From a virus, in the IMG/VR virus record IMGVR_UViG_3300037264_003623, positions 32,001 through 96,000 of that record: DNA of 64,000 nucleotides. The stretch is one strand, 5' to 3'. The translations under genes and the position numbers were made by a program. Every line of letters starts with the position of its first letter. Within the stretch, counting starts at the first letter, position 1. The notes under the pieces were generated by a model, which searched no databases, was not told where the DNA came from, and was given only the letters and a program-made list of their open reading frames with translations. Of the stretch, positions 10,309 to 19,901 are shown piece by piece.

Positions 10309-10599
10309 ATGGAGATCCCGAGCAATCTCAAGCCCTTCATCACACAGGAACAGTGGAGCCGCCTGCGGGTCGGAAATCTCTCCCCCGAGGACCAGGCGAC
10401 CGTGCTCGACATCCTCAACGGCGGGTTCGAGGGGATGGACCCCGAGAAGATCGACCCTGAGGACGTCGAGGAGACGGTGGATTTCGTCGAGGGGATCGTG
10501 GACGACCTCCTGGAGGAGGTCCCCGACCTTGACGAGGATGAGCTGGTTGCCGCGGAACAGACATCCGACGCCATCCTCGAAGAGATGGCCGAGGAGTGA
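10309..10599 (+). CDS. very acidic hypothetical protein
   Basis: GGAGG RBS; D/E-rich. Confidence 0.65.
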   Translation: MEIPSNLKPFITQEQWSRLRVGNLSPEDQATVLDILNGGFEGMDPEKIDPEDVEETVDFVEGIVDDLLEEVPDLDEDELVAAEQTSDAILEEMAEE

Positions 10600-10655
10600 A
10601 GCACCGCCGCCTGAAGGCGGCTCTCGCCACATTTTTGTAGACGGAGGGACTCTCG

Positions 10656-11060
10656 ATGGGGGAGCAGGCGGACGGGCGATTCTACGGCCCTCACCTGACG
10701 ATCGACGCCTACGGGTGCTCCAAGGAGAGGCTCGCGAGCCTGGAGGCCGCGTTCGACTTCCTGGACCGGATGCCGGGGGTCATCGGGATGGAGAAGATCA
10801 CCAAGCCTTACGTGTTCCGGCATCTCGCGCCGCCGGACCCGGAGTGGGGAATCACGGGGGTGGTCATCATCGCCACGAGTCATGTGAGTTTTCATTCTTA
10901 TCCCCAGATGGGGGTGTGCTTCGTGGACGTCTTCTCATGCAGGCCGTTCGATACGCGGAGGGCCGTGGATTTCTTCCAGGAGACGTTCGGAGGGGACGAG
11001 GTCGAGATCCGCGAGGTGAAGCGCGGTCTCCATTTCCACGAGACAGGAGGCGCTCGGTGA
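10656..11060 (+). CDS. speD: S-adenosylmethionine decarboxylase proenzyme (prokaryotic type)
   Basis: GPHLTIDAYGC; GITGVVIIATSHVSFHSYP; DVFSC. Confidence 0.85.
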   Translation: MGEQADGRFYGPHLTIDAYGCSKERLASLEAAFDFLDRMPGVIGMEKITKPYVFRHLAPPDPEWGITGVVIIATSHVSFHSYPQMGVCFVDVFSCRPFDTRRAVDFFQETFGGDEVEIREVKRGLHFHETGGAR

Positions 11061-11323
11061 GCGTAAAAAAGGTTCCGTGCCCGGTGTGCAACAAGGACAT
11101 GGAGTACGCGGGGCAGGAGGGAGGGCACAAGGAGCGGGCCAAGAGCGGCGAGGTCATCGAAACCGTCCATGTGTTCTTCATGTGCGAGAAGTGCGACACG
11201 TCGGTTCGCCTTCGCTTCCGGAAGGACGGCCAGACGGGGGACCTCTGGCGGGAGATCCAGAGGCGGAAAGCGGTAGGCAAGGTGGTCACCGACTTCGGTG
11301 GGAAGTTCGGAGAGATGGGATGA
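11057..11323 (+). CDS. zinc-ribbon protein
   Basis: CPVC...CEKC; GGAGG RBS. Confidence 0.65.
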   Translation: MSVKKVPCPVCNKDMEYAGQEGGHKERAKSGEVIETVHVFFMCEKCDTSVRLRFRKDGQTGDLWREIQRRKAVGKVVTDFGGKFGEMG

Positions 11324-13161
11324 GAACGCAGGATAGCAAGCGGTTCGCAGGCCTTCTCCTGGGCTCCCTGAACAAGGCGGAGTTCGAGGAGGAGGCGCAC
11401 CCGAGGGACGCCACGGGGAAGTTTGCCCCGAAGGAGGAATCCGCCCCTGCCGAGTCCGAGCACAGGAACCTTCGGTCCCTCGCCAGGGAGGCGTCCGCCC
11501 TGAGGGCCATCGGGGACGAAGGGGCAGCCAGGAAGATCGAGCAGAAGCTCCAGGCCGCCAGGGGGAAGGCAGAGGAGGGCCGTAGGGAGAGGATGCCGAA
11601 GCCGCTCGCTCCCCCTCGCCCCCAGCCAGCGCCCGCACCGAGGCCGCCGAGGGCGGCACCCGTTCCCCCTCCCCCGCCTCCATCTCCACCGAAACCGGCG
11701 AGATCTCCTCTTCCAAGGGCCGGGCCCGTCGATGTGGCCCATGAGCAGATAAGGATCGACAACGCGAGGGCGAAGGGGGATCTCTTCCGCGCCATGCGGA
11801 GGAGGATGGACGCGATCAAGGATCCGGCGAAGATGATGAACTTCGCTGATGCCCTGGACAGGAACAAGTACGATCAACTGGCCCAGGAGGCCAGGAACAA
11901 GCTCTTCGGCATGGGGTATGACAGGGATGGGAAGCCGGTCGATTTCGGGGCGAAGCCTCCTGCACCGTCTCCCGAGCCTCCTCCCTCGCCCGCGCCGCAG
12001 AGGCCCGCTCTGGCCGTCGCGGAACCTAAGCAACTGAGGCACGAGAAGGAGGCCGTCGGCGAGCTGAAGCGCAGGGCGTCCGGCTTCGACGATCTGGAGT
12101 CCAGGGTCAGGGAGAGGGTTCTGAGGCTCAAGAACCAGCAGAATAATCCACAGAAGGTTCGGAGCTTCGCCGATGAGCTGGAGGCACAGGGGGAGAAGTA
12201 TCTTGCGGAGGAGGCCAGGAACGCCCTCTGGGAGATGGGGTACAAGCCCGACGGCAGTCCGGTGCCGGAGGGCGAGAGGTTCGCGAGGCCCGCGCACGGT
12301 GTCCCGAGGCCAGCCGCGCCGCCTCCTCCTTCTCCTCTTCCTGAGGCCAGGGGTGCGACCGGCGTGAAGCACCCGATGTCGTCCGTCCACGACAGCGGGG
12401 CCGCCATGAAGGATGTCCAGTTCAATTTCCACGACAAGATTCACAAGGCGAAGGAGATGGGTGGCGGGATCGGGGAGACGCACAGGATCGAATTCAAGGA
12501 TGGGAACAAGGCCATCTACAAGCCGACGGCGGGGTCGGGGCTCCAGCATTACCACGATATGGGCCGTGATGTTAGGCGGACGATCGACTGGCAGATTCCG
12601 GAGGGGCAGCGGGAGGCCGTCGCCTACGCGATCAGCCGGGAGGCGGGTTTCGACATCGTGCCTCATGTCGAGCTGGTGAACTACCCGGTCGGGCGTCCGG
12701 GCGGGGGACACGCGATGGCTTGGGTGGAAGGTCAGGAGGCGGCCCACGCGGGGCAAAAGCTGAGGGATGATGCGAACGCCAATCATCCAGACCTGCACCG
12801 GATTGTCGCTCTCGACTTCATCATGGGCAACACCGACAGGCACTCCAGGAACTTCATGGGTGGCAAGGATGGACGATGGTACGCGATCGACAACGGGCTC
12901 GCCGGGTGCAAGGACATGGACATGTCGGAGTACAGGTCCGGACCCCATAGTATGTTGGAGGGGAGTCGGATACCTGACGAGGTCAAGGCCGAGATTCGAG
13001 CGATCAAGCCCGATGTGGTCAAAGGTGCCATGCAGAAGGCGGGATTCAAGCCGGTGGACATCAAGGGTGCCCTCGCCAGAATCGACTATTTGTCGAAGGC
13101 TCGAACATGGAAGAGCACCTGGGATGACAGTAGTGCAGCCAAGAGGCTCTACGAGGAGTAG
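11320..13161 (+). CDS. PI3/4-kinase-like (HipA/CtkA-type) kinase with leader, HPR motif and Pro-rich linkers
   Basis: IYKP, REAVAY, NTDRHSRN, AIDNG; N-terminal LNK|AEFEEEAHPRDATGKF. Confidence 0.85.
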   Translation: MRTQDSKRFAGLLLGSLNKAEFEEEAHPRDATGKFAPKEESAPAESEHRNLRSLAREASALRAIGDEGAARKIEQKLQAARGKAEEGRRERMPKPLAPPRPQPAPAPRPPRAAPVPPPPPPSPPKPARSPLPRAGPVDVAHEQIRIDNARAKGDLFRAMRRRMDAIKDPAKMMNFADALDRNKYDQLAQEARNKLFGMGYDRDGKPVDFGAKPPAPSPEPPPSPAPQRPALAVAEPKQLRHEKEAVGELKRRASGFDDLESRVRERVLRLKNQQNNPQKVRSFADELEAQGEKYLAEEARNALWEMGYKPDGSPVPEGERFARPAHGVPRPAAPPPPSPLPEARGATGVKHPMSSVHDSGAAMKDVQFNFHDKIHKAKEMGGGIGETHRIEFKDGNKAIYKPTAGSGLQHYHDMGRDVRRTIDWQIPEGQREAVAYAISREAGFDIVPHVELVNYPVGRPGGGHAMAWVEGQEAAHAGQKLRDDANANHPDLHRIVALDFIMGNTDRHSRNFMGGKDGRWYAIDNGLAGCKDMDMSEYRSGPHSMLEGSRIPDEVKAEIRAIKPDVVKGAMQKAGFKPVDIKGALARIDYLSKARTWKSTWDDSSAAKRLYEE

Positions 13162-13181
13162 AGCGGGTCAGGAGGAGAAAC

Positions 13182-13499
13182 ATGCTCATCGGGATGAGGG
13201 TTCGGAAGGACACGGATAAGGGCGAGGCTACCGTGTTCGAGTACCGGATGGGCCAGAATGGCAGGGTGGCCCTTACGGTCGGGGATCCGAACGAGATCGT
13301 CTCGGAGATCACGCTGGGGTCGGGGGACAACACGATGATCGAGGACATGGGCGGGTCATACGGGGTGAGGATGCCCCCGTTCGCGAAGGGGGCCGAGAAG
13401 ACATACACCCCCGCCGACGGGGTGAGCTTCATCCTTGCGCTCCTCGTCCAGTTCAGCAGGAACAACGGCTACTCGTGGGCGGAGCCGATCCTCTCATGA
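13182..13499 (+). CDS. small kinase partner protein (putative immunity/antitoxin)
   Basis: Directly follows kinase 1; paralog of 14686-15006. Confidence 0.6.
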   Translation: MLIGMRVRKDTDKGEATVFEYRMGQNGRVALTVGDPNEIVSEITLGSGDNTMIEDMGGSYGVRMPPFAKGAEKTYTPADGVSFILALLVQFSRNNGYSWAEPILS

Positions 13500-14689
13500 A
13501 GACGTTCTACTCCAGGAAGTTCGCGAGGTTCATGGGTTCCATCCTGGCGAAGGCCACATGGGACCCGGATCTCCACCCGAGGAGCGAGGGCGGGAAGTTC
13601 TCCAGGACCGAGGGAGTCTCTGAGGAGAGGCGGGTCGCGGAGAGGCTCATGGGGACCTCGGCGGATCAGCTTGAGGCGGAGGCACGGGAGACCGAGCGGG
13701 AGGCTTCCGCGCTGAGGGCGATGGGGAAGGGCGAGAAGGCCGCGATGGCCGACGCCGTGGCGAGGGACCTGATGGAGAGGGCGAAACTGGCGAGGGAGCC
13801 GGTCAGGGTGTTCAGGCCGGGATCGGAGCCGAGGAGGCCCGCCCCGCCGATAGATCCCACGAGGCATCCGCAGGAGTCCGTGAGGGGGAGGGCAGAGACG
13901 ATGAGAAAAGCCTCGGGGAAGCCTGAGGCTTTCATCATGAACACGCGCAGGGTCATGGGGGGCAAGGGAGAGTGCCACCGAGTCCTCTTCGACGACGGGA
14001 CCAGGGCCGCCTACAAGCCGACGGCGGGGTCCGTCCTTGTGCAGATGGAGAAGCAGGGCCGGGGTGAGGAGATCACGATCGACCCGAAGATCCCGGAATC
14101 GAAGCGCGAACGGGCCGTCTTCGATCTCAGCGCGATGGCCGGGTTCGACGTGGTGCCCCCGGTCGAGCTCGTGGACTACGATGGGGTGGGGTCCCCCGGG
14201 GGCGGGCACGCTATGGCATGGGTGGACGGGCAGGAGGCCATTGACATCGAGGACCAGTACTACAAGGACATCTCCGCGAACCATCCCGACCTTCACCGGA
14301 TTGCGGCGCTCGACTTCATCACGGGCAATGTAGACCGGCACCAGGGGAACTTCATGAGGGGGAAGGACGGGCGCTGGTACGCGATCGACAATGGCCTCTG
14401 CTTCACCAGGGACATGGAGCTCGGGATGTCGTGGTCCGATGTCATGCGGAAGCTCATGATGCACGTCACGCCGCCGGAGGTGCGGGCGGAGATCGCCTCG
14501 ATCGACAAGGACGCTATGGGCGGAATCATGAAGGAGGCGGGCTTCGACGCCGTGGACATCAAGGCCGCGCAGACGAGGCTGGATGTGCTCAAGGCCTTGG
14601 GCGGGTGGGGGACGGAGGGGCAAATGTACGGGGCGGCCGAGGACGCCTACTTCCAGGCGGGTGGGCGCAGGCGGCCAGGGAGGGAATGA
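13496..14689 (+). CDS. PI3/4-kinase-like (HipA/CtkA-type) kinase, paralog 2
   Basis: AYKP, RERAVF, NVDRHQGN, AIDNG; N-terminal LAK|ATWDPDLHPRSEGGKF. Confidence 0.85.
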   Translation: MKTFYSRKFARFMGSILAKATWDPDLHPRSEGGKFSRTEGVSEERRVAERLMGTSADQLEAEARETEREASALRAMGKGEKAAMADAVARDLMERAKLAREPVRVFRPGSEPRRPAPPIDPTRHPQESVRGRAETMRKASGKPEAFIMNTRRVMGGKGECHRVLFDDGTRAAYKPTAGSVLVQMEKQGRGEEITIDPKIPESKRERAVFDLSAMAGFDVVPPVELVDYDGVGSPGGGHAMAWVDGQEAIDIEDQYYKDISANHPDLHRIAALDFITGNVDRHQGNFMRGKDGRWYAIDNGLCFTRDMELGMSWSDVMRKLMMHVTPPEVRAEIASIDKDAMGGIMKEAGFDAVDIKAAQTRLDVLKALGGWGTEGQMYGAAEDAYFQAGGRRRPGRE

Positions 14690-15006
14690 TCGTGCTCATT
14701 GGGGTAAGATGGGTGAGGGACGTGGACACCGGGCGGGATGTGTCGTTCGAGTACAGGCTGGACCCGAGGACCGGCAAGGCTGTCCAGGTCGCGGGGCCCG
14801 CGAGGGCGAACGACGAGGTGATCCTCTCCCCGTGGGATGGGGTGATGGGCCCCGAGATCGCCAAGTATCACGGGATGGATTTCAAGCCGGTTCCGAAGGG
14901 CGGGAGGAGGCTGACCCCGGACGACGGGGTTGACTTCCTTCTCGCCGTTCTCGTCAAGTACGCGAGGAACACCGGCTACGGCAGGGTCGAGCCGATCAGC
15001 CGATAG
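14686..15006 (+). CDS. small kinase partner protein, paralog 2
   Basis: ATGA overlap with kinase 2; shares LIG.R, FEYR and TP.DGV.F.LA.LV..RN.GY..EPI with 13182-13499. Confidence 0.6.
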   Translation: MIVLIGVRWVRDVDTGRDVSFEYRLDPRTGKAVQVAGPARANDEVILSPWDGVMGPEIAKYHGMDFKPVPKGGRRLTPDDGVDFLLAVLVKYARNTGYGRVEPISR

Positions 15007-15015
15007 GAGGATCAG

Positions 15016-16341
15016 ATGGAGACGCCGTCGAGCAGGGCCACGAGCAATCTGATTTCCAAGTCCCTGGAGACCGTCCAGGAGACGCCGGGCCAGGTGTCCT
15101 CGAAGGAGATGCAGGACCTCTCCGCGATGATCCTGAAGGCGATGGACGACCCCGCCTTCGTCGAGACGGTCTGCCCGAGCGGCGGCTGCCCCGAGCTCCG
15201 CGGCCTCCTCCTGGAGGTGGTCGAGCGGGCCAAGGAGGAGGACGACTCCCCCGAGGTCAAGGCGTGCGTCTCGAAGAAGATCCCGATCCTCATCGAAGAG
15301 GGATATCCGAGAGCCCAAAGTGTCGCGATCGCGTTCTCGGTTTGCCGCAAGGACCCGTCCGTCGCCGACAAGGCGGTGAAGGTCGAGGGGACGCCCCGCT
15401 ACATGACCGAGGCGGAGCTCCGCGCCATGAAGCCGAAGAAGCCGGAGACCGACACGGACACGGAGATCGAGTCCGCGATCGGGTGCGATCTCGACGCGCT
15501 CAACAGGACGACTTCCGTCCTGATTTCCAAGGCCGGGACCTCTGATGGCGCGAAGCTGGGGTGGGAGACCCGTAGGGGCGGAGCGCCCACTGATGAACCC
15601 AAGGCTGGGATGCCCTCCAGGCAGGAGTGGGATGGGTTCCAATCGAACGCTGATGCGGTATTCGATGTCAGCAGGGGCGCGGTCAAAGAGGTTGAACGGA
15701 TCGAGGAGAGGGCCATAGAAGCGGAAGAGGAGGGTAGATCCCGCCTACATCCGTTCGGCGTGAAAGAGCCGACGACGCCGAAGGGCGTGGAGCAGGCTCT
15801 GAACAAGCTGGCGGATGTCGCGCCGAAGGCCGCTGACCTCGCGGCGAGACTGAAAGGCGTCCCTGGGGTGGACGAGGGGAAGAGGAAGGCCGCTGAGGAC
15901 AAGATGCGGGGATGGAAAGGTGGGGTGCCCCGTGAGGAGATGCAGGATTTCAACGACATCGTGTCCGACATCTACACGATGGTAGACAGCGCCAGGGCGG
16001 ACCATGACCCGAAGTACATGGAGGGGTCCGAGCCCGTGACGCGGCCTTCCGTGGGCAAGGAGCTCGTTCTGAACCTGGGCGTGCAGAAGCGGTTCTTGTC
16101 CCTGCAAGACCTTGAGGGATTCAAGCCGACGAAACCGGAGGACGTCCGCCCGCCACGGGAGAGCACCAGGCACGAGGGCGAGCCGGAAGACTCGGGGCTT
16201 CGTCGCCTCATCATGCCGGGATGGGCCCGAAAGGGCGGCCAGGTTGCGCCTCCCGGTGACGTCCCGAAGGATAGGATCAGGGGCGATGGCTTGACCGAGA
16301 TGCTCATGCCGAGCAGGAAAGAGGACGAGCCCAAGGAATAG
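15016..16341 (+). CDS. putative virion cargo protein
   Basis: EEGYPRAQSVAIAFS; ISK|AGTSDGAKLGWETRR. Confidence 0.65.
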   Translation: METPSSRATSNLISKSLETVQETPGQVSSKEMQDLSAMILKAMDDPAFVETVCPSGGCPELRGLLLEVVERAKEEDDSPEVKACVSKKIPILIEEGYPRAQSVAIAFSVCRKDPSVADKAVKVEGTPRYMTEAELRAMKPKKPETDTDTEIESAIGCDLDALNRTTSVLISKAGTSDGAKLGWETRRGGAPTDEPKAGMPSRQEWDGFQSNADAVFDVSRGAVKEVERIEERAIEAEEEGRSRLHPFGVKEPTTPKGVEQALNKLADVAPKAADLAARLKGVPGVDEGKRKAAEDKMRGWKGGVPREEMQDFNDIVSDIYTMVDSARADHDPKYMEGSEPVTRPSVGKELVLNLGVQKRFLSLQDLEGFKPTKPEDVRPPRESTRHEGEPEDSGLRRLIMPGWARKGGQVAPPGDVPKDRIRGDGLTEMLMPSRKEDEPKE

Positions 16342-16351
16342 CGCACACGAT

Positions 16352-17059
16352 GTGCGGAAACCGGAGGAATACCCCGTGAAAGAGCGCAAGGACAAGGACC
16401 TGGGCTCGATTTTCAACGCCAAGTCCCTCCTCGACGGGCAGGGGACCCCACAGCGGGACACCGCCCAGAGCAGGAAGGTCGCCCTGGACTTCGCCGGGAT
16501 GCTCGCGAAGGATGGCACGAGCGAGGGTGCGAAGAAGGGCTGGGAAACTCGACGCGGCGCGGCAGCCCTGTCCGAGGGCCCCAAGGAGTTCAGAGACTTC
16601 ATGGTAGGAGCCATCGCCCAGCGCGACACCCCTGATGCCAAGGCGACGAAGGAGATGGCGGAGAATCTCAAGGACAGTGATGTTCCCCTGAAGGATGCTT
16701 TTACCGCCGCTCAGAAACGGGTTGACCAGGCCGACGCCCTCGCCGGGGAGACCCTCAAGCGGTTCGGCTCCGCCCTTTCCCAGTATCACGTCGACAACAT
16801 CAATCGCGAGCGGGAGACGATCAAGCGGGCCATGGATGTCGCCGACAGGCATGTCCGGGAGAACAGCCGGGGGTATGCCGCCGACGCCATCAGCAACGCC
16901 GTCGAGGGCGCGGACCTCATGTCGATCTGGGCATCTTCCGCGGTCGGAGAAGTCTGGAAAAAGCAGACCCGGGAGAGGGGGGTGGGGAAGTCCGGCACTT
17001 CCGAGGGGGTCCCGAAGACCCTCAAGGGGTCGTTCCTGACCGAAGGCGACACACAATAG
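16352..17059 (+). CDS. putative virion cargo protein
   Basis: LAK|DGTSEGAKKGWETRR; partial second copy VGK|SGTSEG. Confidence 0.65.
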   Translation: MRKPEEYPVKERKDKDLGSIFNAKSLLDGQGTPQRDTAQSRKVALDFAGMLAKDGTSEGAKKGWETRRGAAALSEGPKEFRDFMVGAIAQRDTPDAKATKEMAENLKDSDVPLKDAFTAAQKRVDQADALAGETLKRFGSALSQYHVDNINRERETIKRAMDVADRHVRENSRGYAADAISNAVEGADLMSIWASSAVGEVWKKQTRERGVGKSGTSEGVPKTLKGSFLTEGDTQ

Positions 17060-17118
17060 GTTGCGTTTCCCATCCGGTTCCTTCTTGGCGAATACGCTAA
17101 AGGGTGTATAATAGGATC

Positions 17119-18681
17119 ATGGAAGTGGGCGCGATCTATGACGTCCAGAAGGAAGGCACCTCCGAGGGTGCCTACCGCGGGTGGGAGACTAGGAGAGACG
17201 GCCCGAGGGCCGCCCCTTTCGTCGAAGCGCGGAGGAAGATTGGGAGCATGGTGGAGGAGGCCAACGAGGAGTTCAAGAGGGAGGTTGCTCTTCACCTGAA
17301 GGGTATCCCGAGCGACTACGCGGGGATGACACGCAGGGACAGGGAGAACAGAGCCGAAGGCCTGAGGCTCGTTCGGGATGCAGTCGAGAGACTGAGGGGG
17401 GCCGAGGTCGCGGAGGCGGACAGGGGTACGCTCGCCAGGATGATCGACTACGCGGAGCGGGAAGCCCCCATCATCAGCGAGCGCGACAAGGGGGACCGGA
17501 GGTGGCACGAGGAGTTCGACGCCTTCCTCGCCGAAGCCGAGGAGGTCGCGTCCAGGGCGAAGGAGCCCGAGGGAATGGAAAAGGGCGAGGTCGTCGTCTG
17601 GGAGCCGAGCAGGCATCCCCGGGGGGAGGGGGGCCGGTTCGCCCAGGCCGAGGCCAGGGATCCCGAGGAGAGGCGGAGGCTGGTCGAGTCCGCGGCGTCC
17701 GAGGCCGCCAGGCGGGTTATCGACAGCATGGGCCGAGACGCGAACAGGGTGATCTACGATACGGTGAGCGAGTTCGGCCTGTCCGGCAACGACGCGGCCG
17801 AGGCGTTCCAGATGGCCGACCGGAGGCTGCGGAAGGAGCGGGAGCTGGATGTGCTCCGCAAGGCCACTGGGGACCTGCTCTCGAAGGTCGAGTTCGAGGA
17901 GGACGAGCACCCGAGGGACCCCGCAGGCAGGTTCGCCTCCAGGGGAGAAGGGGTCGCGCCGAGGGCCGATGCCGTCTCGAAGGAGGAGATCGACAGGGTG
18001 TTCGACGGCAGGGCGAAGAACCCGAGCACGCCCGATGAGCAGAGCCGCCTGCACCAGGAGATCGAGGCCTCGGCGGACAGGGCGAGTCGGATGTCGCAGG
18101 AGGACCACATCTCCGGGGTGCCCGAGAGGATGACCAAGGTATCCGAGAGGGCGGAGGCCGTCGTGATGTCCCTCGGCAGGAGGATCATGGAGGAGGGCGC
18201 AGCTAACTGGAAGGAGTTCGTCTTCGCGGTGGAGAACGGGAGCGGGGACGTGGTGGGGATGAGGGAGGGCGACAAGGAATCAGCGTCGTGCGTCGGGATC
18301 TACGGGGGGATGGACAGGGATAGGGGATACACGTTCGTCCACAACCATCCCACAAGCAACTCCTTCTCGGACGTGGACGTGATCATATTCACTAGGATCC
18401 CCCAGTTTACGAGGGCGGTGGTGGTCAGCGGGATGTGGACGTACATTCTGGAGAAGCCGCCGGGGTGGAACTTCAGGAAGGTTTGGGGCGTGGACGATGC
18501 CAGGGCGGAGTACCTCCGCCAGAGCGACGTGCTGACGCCCAAGTACAAGCCCCCCGCCAACCCGGACGGGACGAGGGACGACGCCAGGGACAGGGTCGCG
18601 TGGCGGGAGCAGGGCCATGAGGTGATATCCAACCTGGCGAAGCTCTACGGGCTGTCCTACAGGAGGGAGAAGAGGGCATGA
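17119..18681 (+). CDS. putative virion cargo protein with C-terminal JAB/MPN-like domain
   Basis: VQK|EGTSEGAYRGWETRR; two HPR..GRF motifs; HNHPTSNSFSDVD (HxH..S..D). Confidence 0.7.
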   Translation: MEVGAIYDVQKEGTSEGAYRGWETRRDGPRAAPFVEARRKIGSMVEEANEEFKREVALHLKGIPSDYAGMTRRDRENRAEGLRLVRDAVERLRGAEVAEADRGTLARMIDYAEREAPIISERDKGDRRWHEEFDAFLAEAEEVASRAKEPEGMEKGEVVVWEPSRHPRGEGGRFAQAEARDPEERRRLVESAASEAARRVIDSMGRDANRVIYDTVSEFGLSGNDAAEAFQMADRRLRKERELDVLRKATGDLLSKVEFEEDEHPRDPAGRFASRGEGVAPRADAVSKEEIDRVFDGRAKNPSTPDEQSRLHQEIEASADRASRMSQEDHISGVPERMTKVSERAEAVVMSLGRRIMEEGAANWKEFVFAVENGSGDVVGMREGDKESASCVGIYGGMDRDRGYTFVHNHPTSNSFSDVDVIIFTRIPQFTRAVVVSGMWTYILEKPPGWNFRKVWGVDDARAEYLRQSDVLTPKYKPPANPDGTRDDARDRVAWREQGHEVISNLAKLYGLSYRREKRA

Positions 18682-19787
18682 AGGATCCGAAGGTGCCGAT
18701 CACCGAGTGGGACATCGACGACCGCGGCAACGTGCCTCCCTACGGGAACGCCGTCGCGAAGGAGGGCACTTCTGAAGGGGCGAAGCTGGGATGGGAAACG
18801 AGGCGGGAGGGCGGACAGGCGGAGGAGAAGAAGCCGGACGCCTCATCCTTCGAGACGCCCCCCGAGAATTGGCAGCAAAGTCTGCCGTACCAGCATCGGC
18901 TGAACTTGGGTGCATGGACGGAGTGGCTCACCAACCTGAGGATGTCCCATGTCTACCGCCAGGGGGGCGAGGCCAAGCCCTACCGGCCAGAGTTCGCCGA
19001 CGTCGCGGCTCGGCGCGAGGTCGGGCGGTGGCTCGATCGCAACGACGATAAGATGATCTACCACATCTCGCGGAAGGTGGACATCTCGCATGGGCCGAGG
19101 GACGAGAAGATCGGCGAGGCGGTCGGGCTGGTTCAGGAGATCGTTCGCATGGCCCAGGCCGAGGCGCGGAGGGAGGCCGAGACGCAGGCCAAGAAGAACC
19201 CTCTGTCCGGCGTCCTGTTCGGGAAGGCCAGGGTCGTGGGCGGATTCCCACTCACGCAGGAGGACGCGCTCGCGAAGGAAGGCACGTCCGAAGGCGCCAA
19301 GAAAGGGTGGGAGACCAGGCGCGAGGGCGGCGGGGCGCTATCCGAAGAGGAGCGCAAGAGGGCCATTCGATCCCTTGAGGTGCGGGGCGCGGCGGACAGG
19401 GGCGACGTGTCCGTGAAGATCGTCCCCCTTCTTACCGGGGAGGGGTTCGGGGTGGAGACCACGGTGGCTGGCGACAGGAGGAACCCGAGGGAGCCCGCCA
19501 TGACGATGGAGGAGGCACGCAGGTTCGCCCTGGAGCAGCTCCAGAGCCCCCGCCCGACCCAGACCCCCGAGATGAAGCCGAAGCCCGAGGCGGAGGAGAA
19601 GAAGCCCTCTCCGACGCCCGTGAGGCCCTACAGGAACCCCGGAGACTTGGCCGCCGACTACAAGCGGCAAGGTATCCCGAAGCAACGTGCCTGGGATCAG
19701 TTCATCATCGACACTGTCCTCTCCCCGAAGTTCCGGTCGGAGCAGGTGGACGCGAGGGAGTTCTTCCAGGCCTACGATAGGGCGTAG
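18678..19787 (+). CDS. putative virion cargo polyprotein
   Basis: Two K|EGTSEGAKxGWETRREGG copies. Confidence 0.7.
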   Translation: MKDPKVPITEWDIDDRGNVPPYGNAVAKEGTSEGAKLGWETRREGGQAEEKKPDASSFETPPENWQQSLPYQHRLNLGAWTEWLTNLRMSHVYRQGGEAKPYRPEFADVAARREVGRWLDRNDDKMIYHISRKVDISHGPRDEKIGEAVGLVQEIVRMAQAEARREAETQAKKNPLSGVLFGKARVVGGFPLTQEDALAKEGTSEGAKKGWETRREGGGALSEEERKRAIRSLEVRGAADRGDVSVKIVPLLTGEGFGVETTVAGDRRNPREPAMTMEEARRFALEQLQSPRPTQTPEMKPKPEAEEKKPSPTPVRPYRNPGDLAADYKRQGIPKQRAWDQFIIDTVLSPKFRSEQVDAREFFQAYDRA

Positions 19788-19901
19788 GTCGCGGGGAGAT
19801 GGAACGGTGGAGGCAGACTGCATCCTATCTCTGCTTCTTGCCCTACCAGATCCTGCGGCTTGAGCACAGAGGCGCACACGGTGTGCGGGAATGGGTGTCA
19901 C

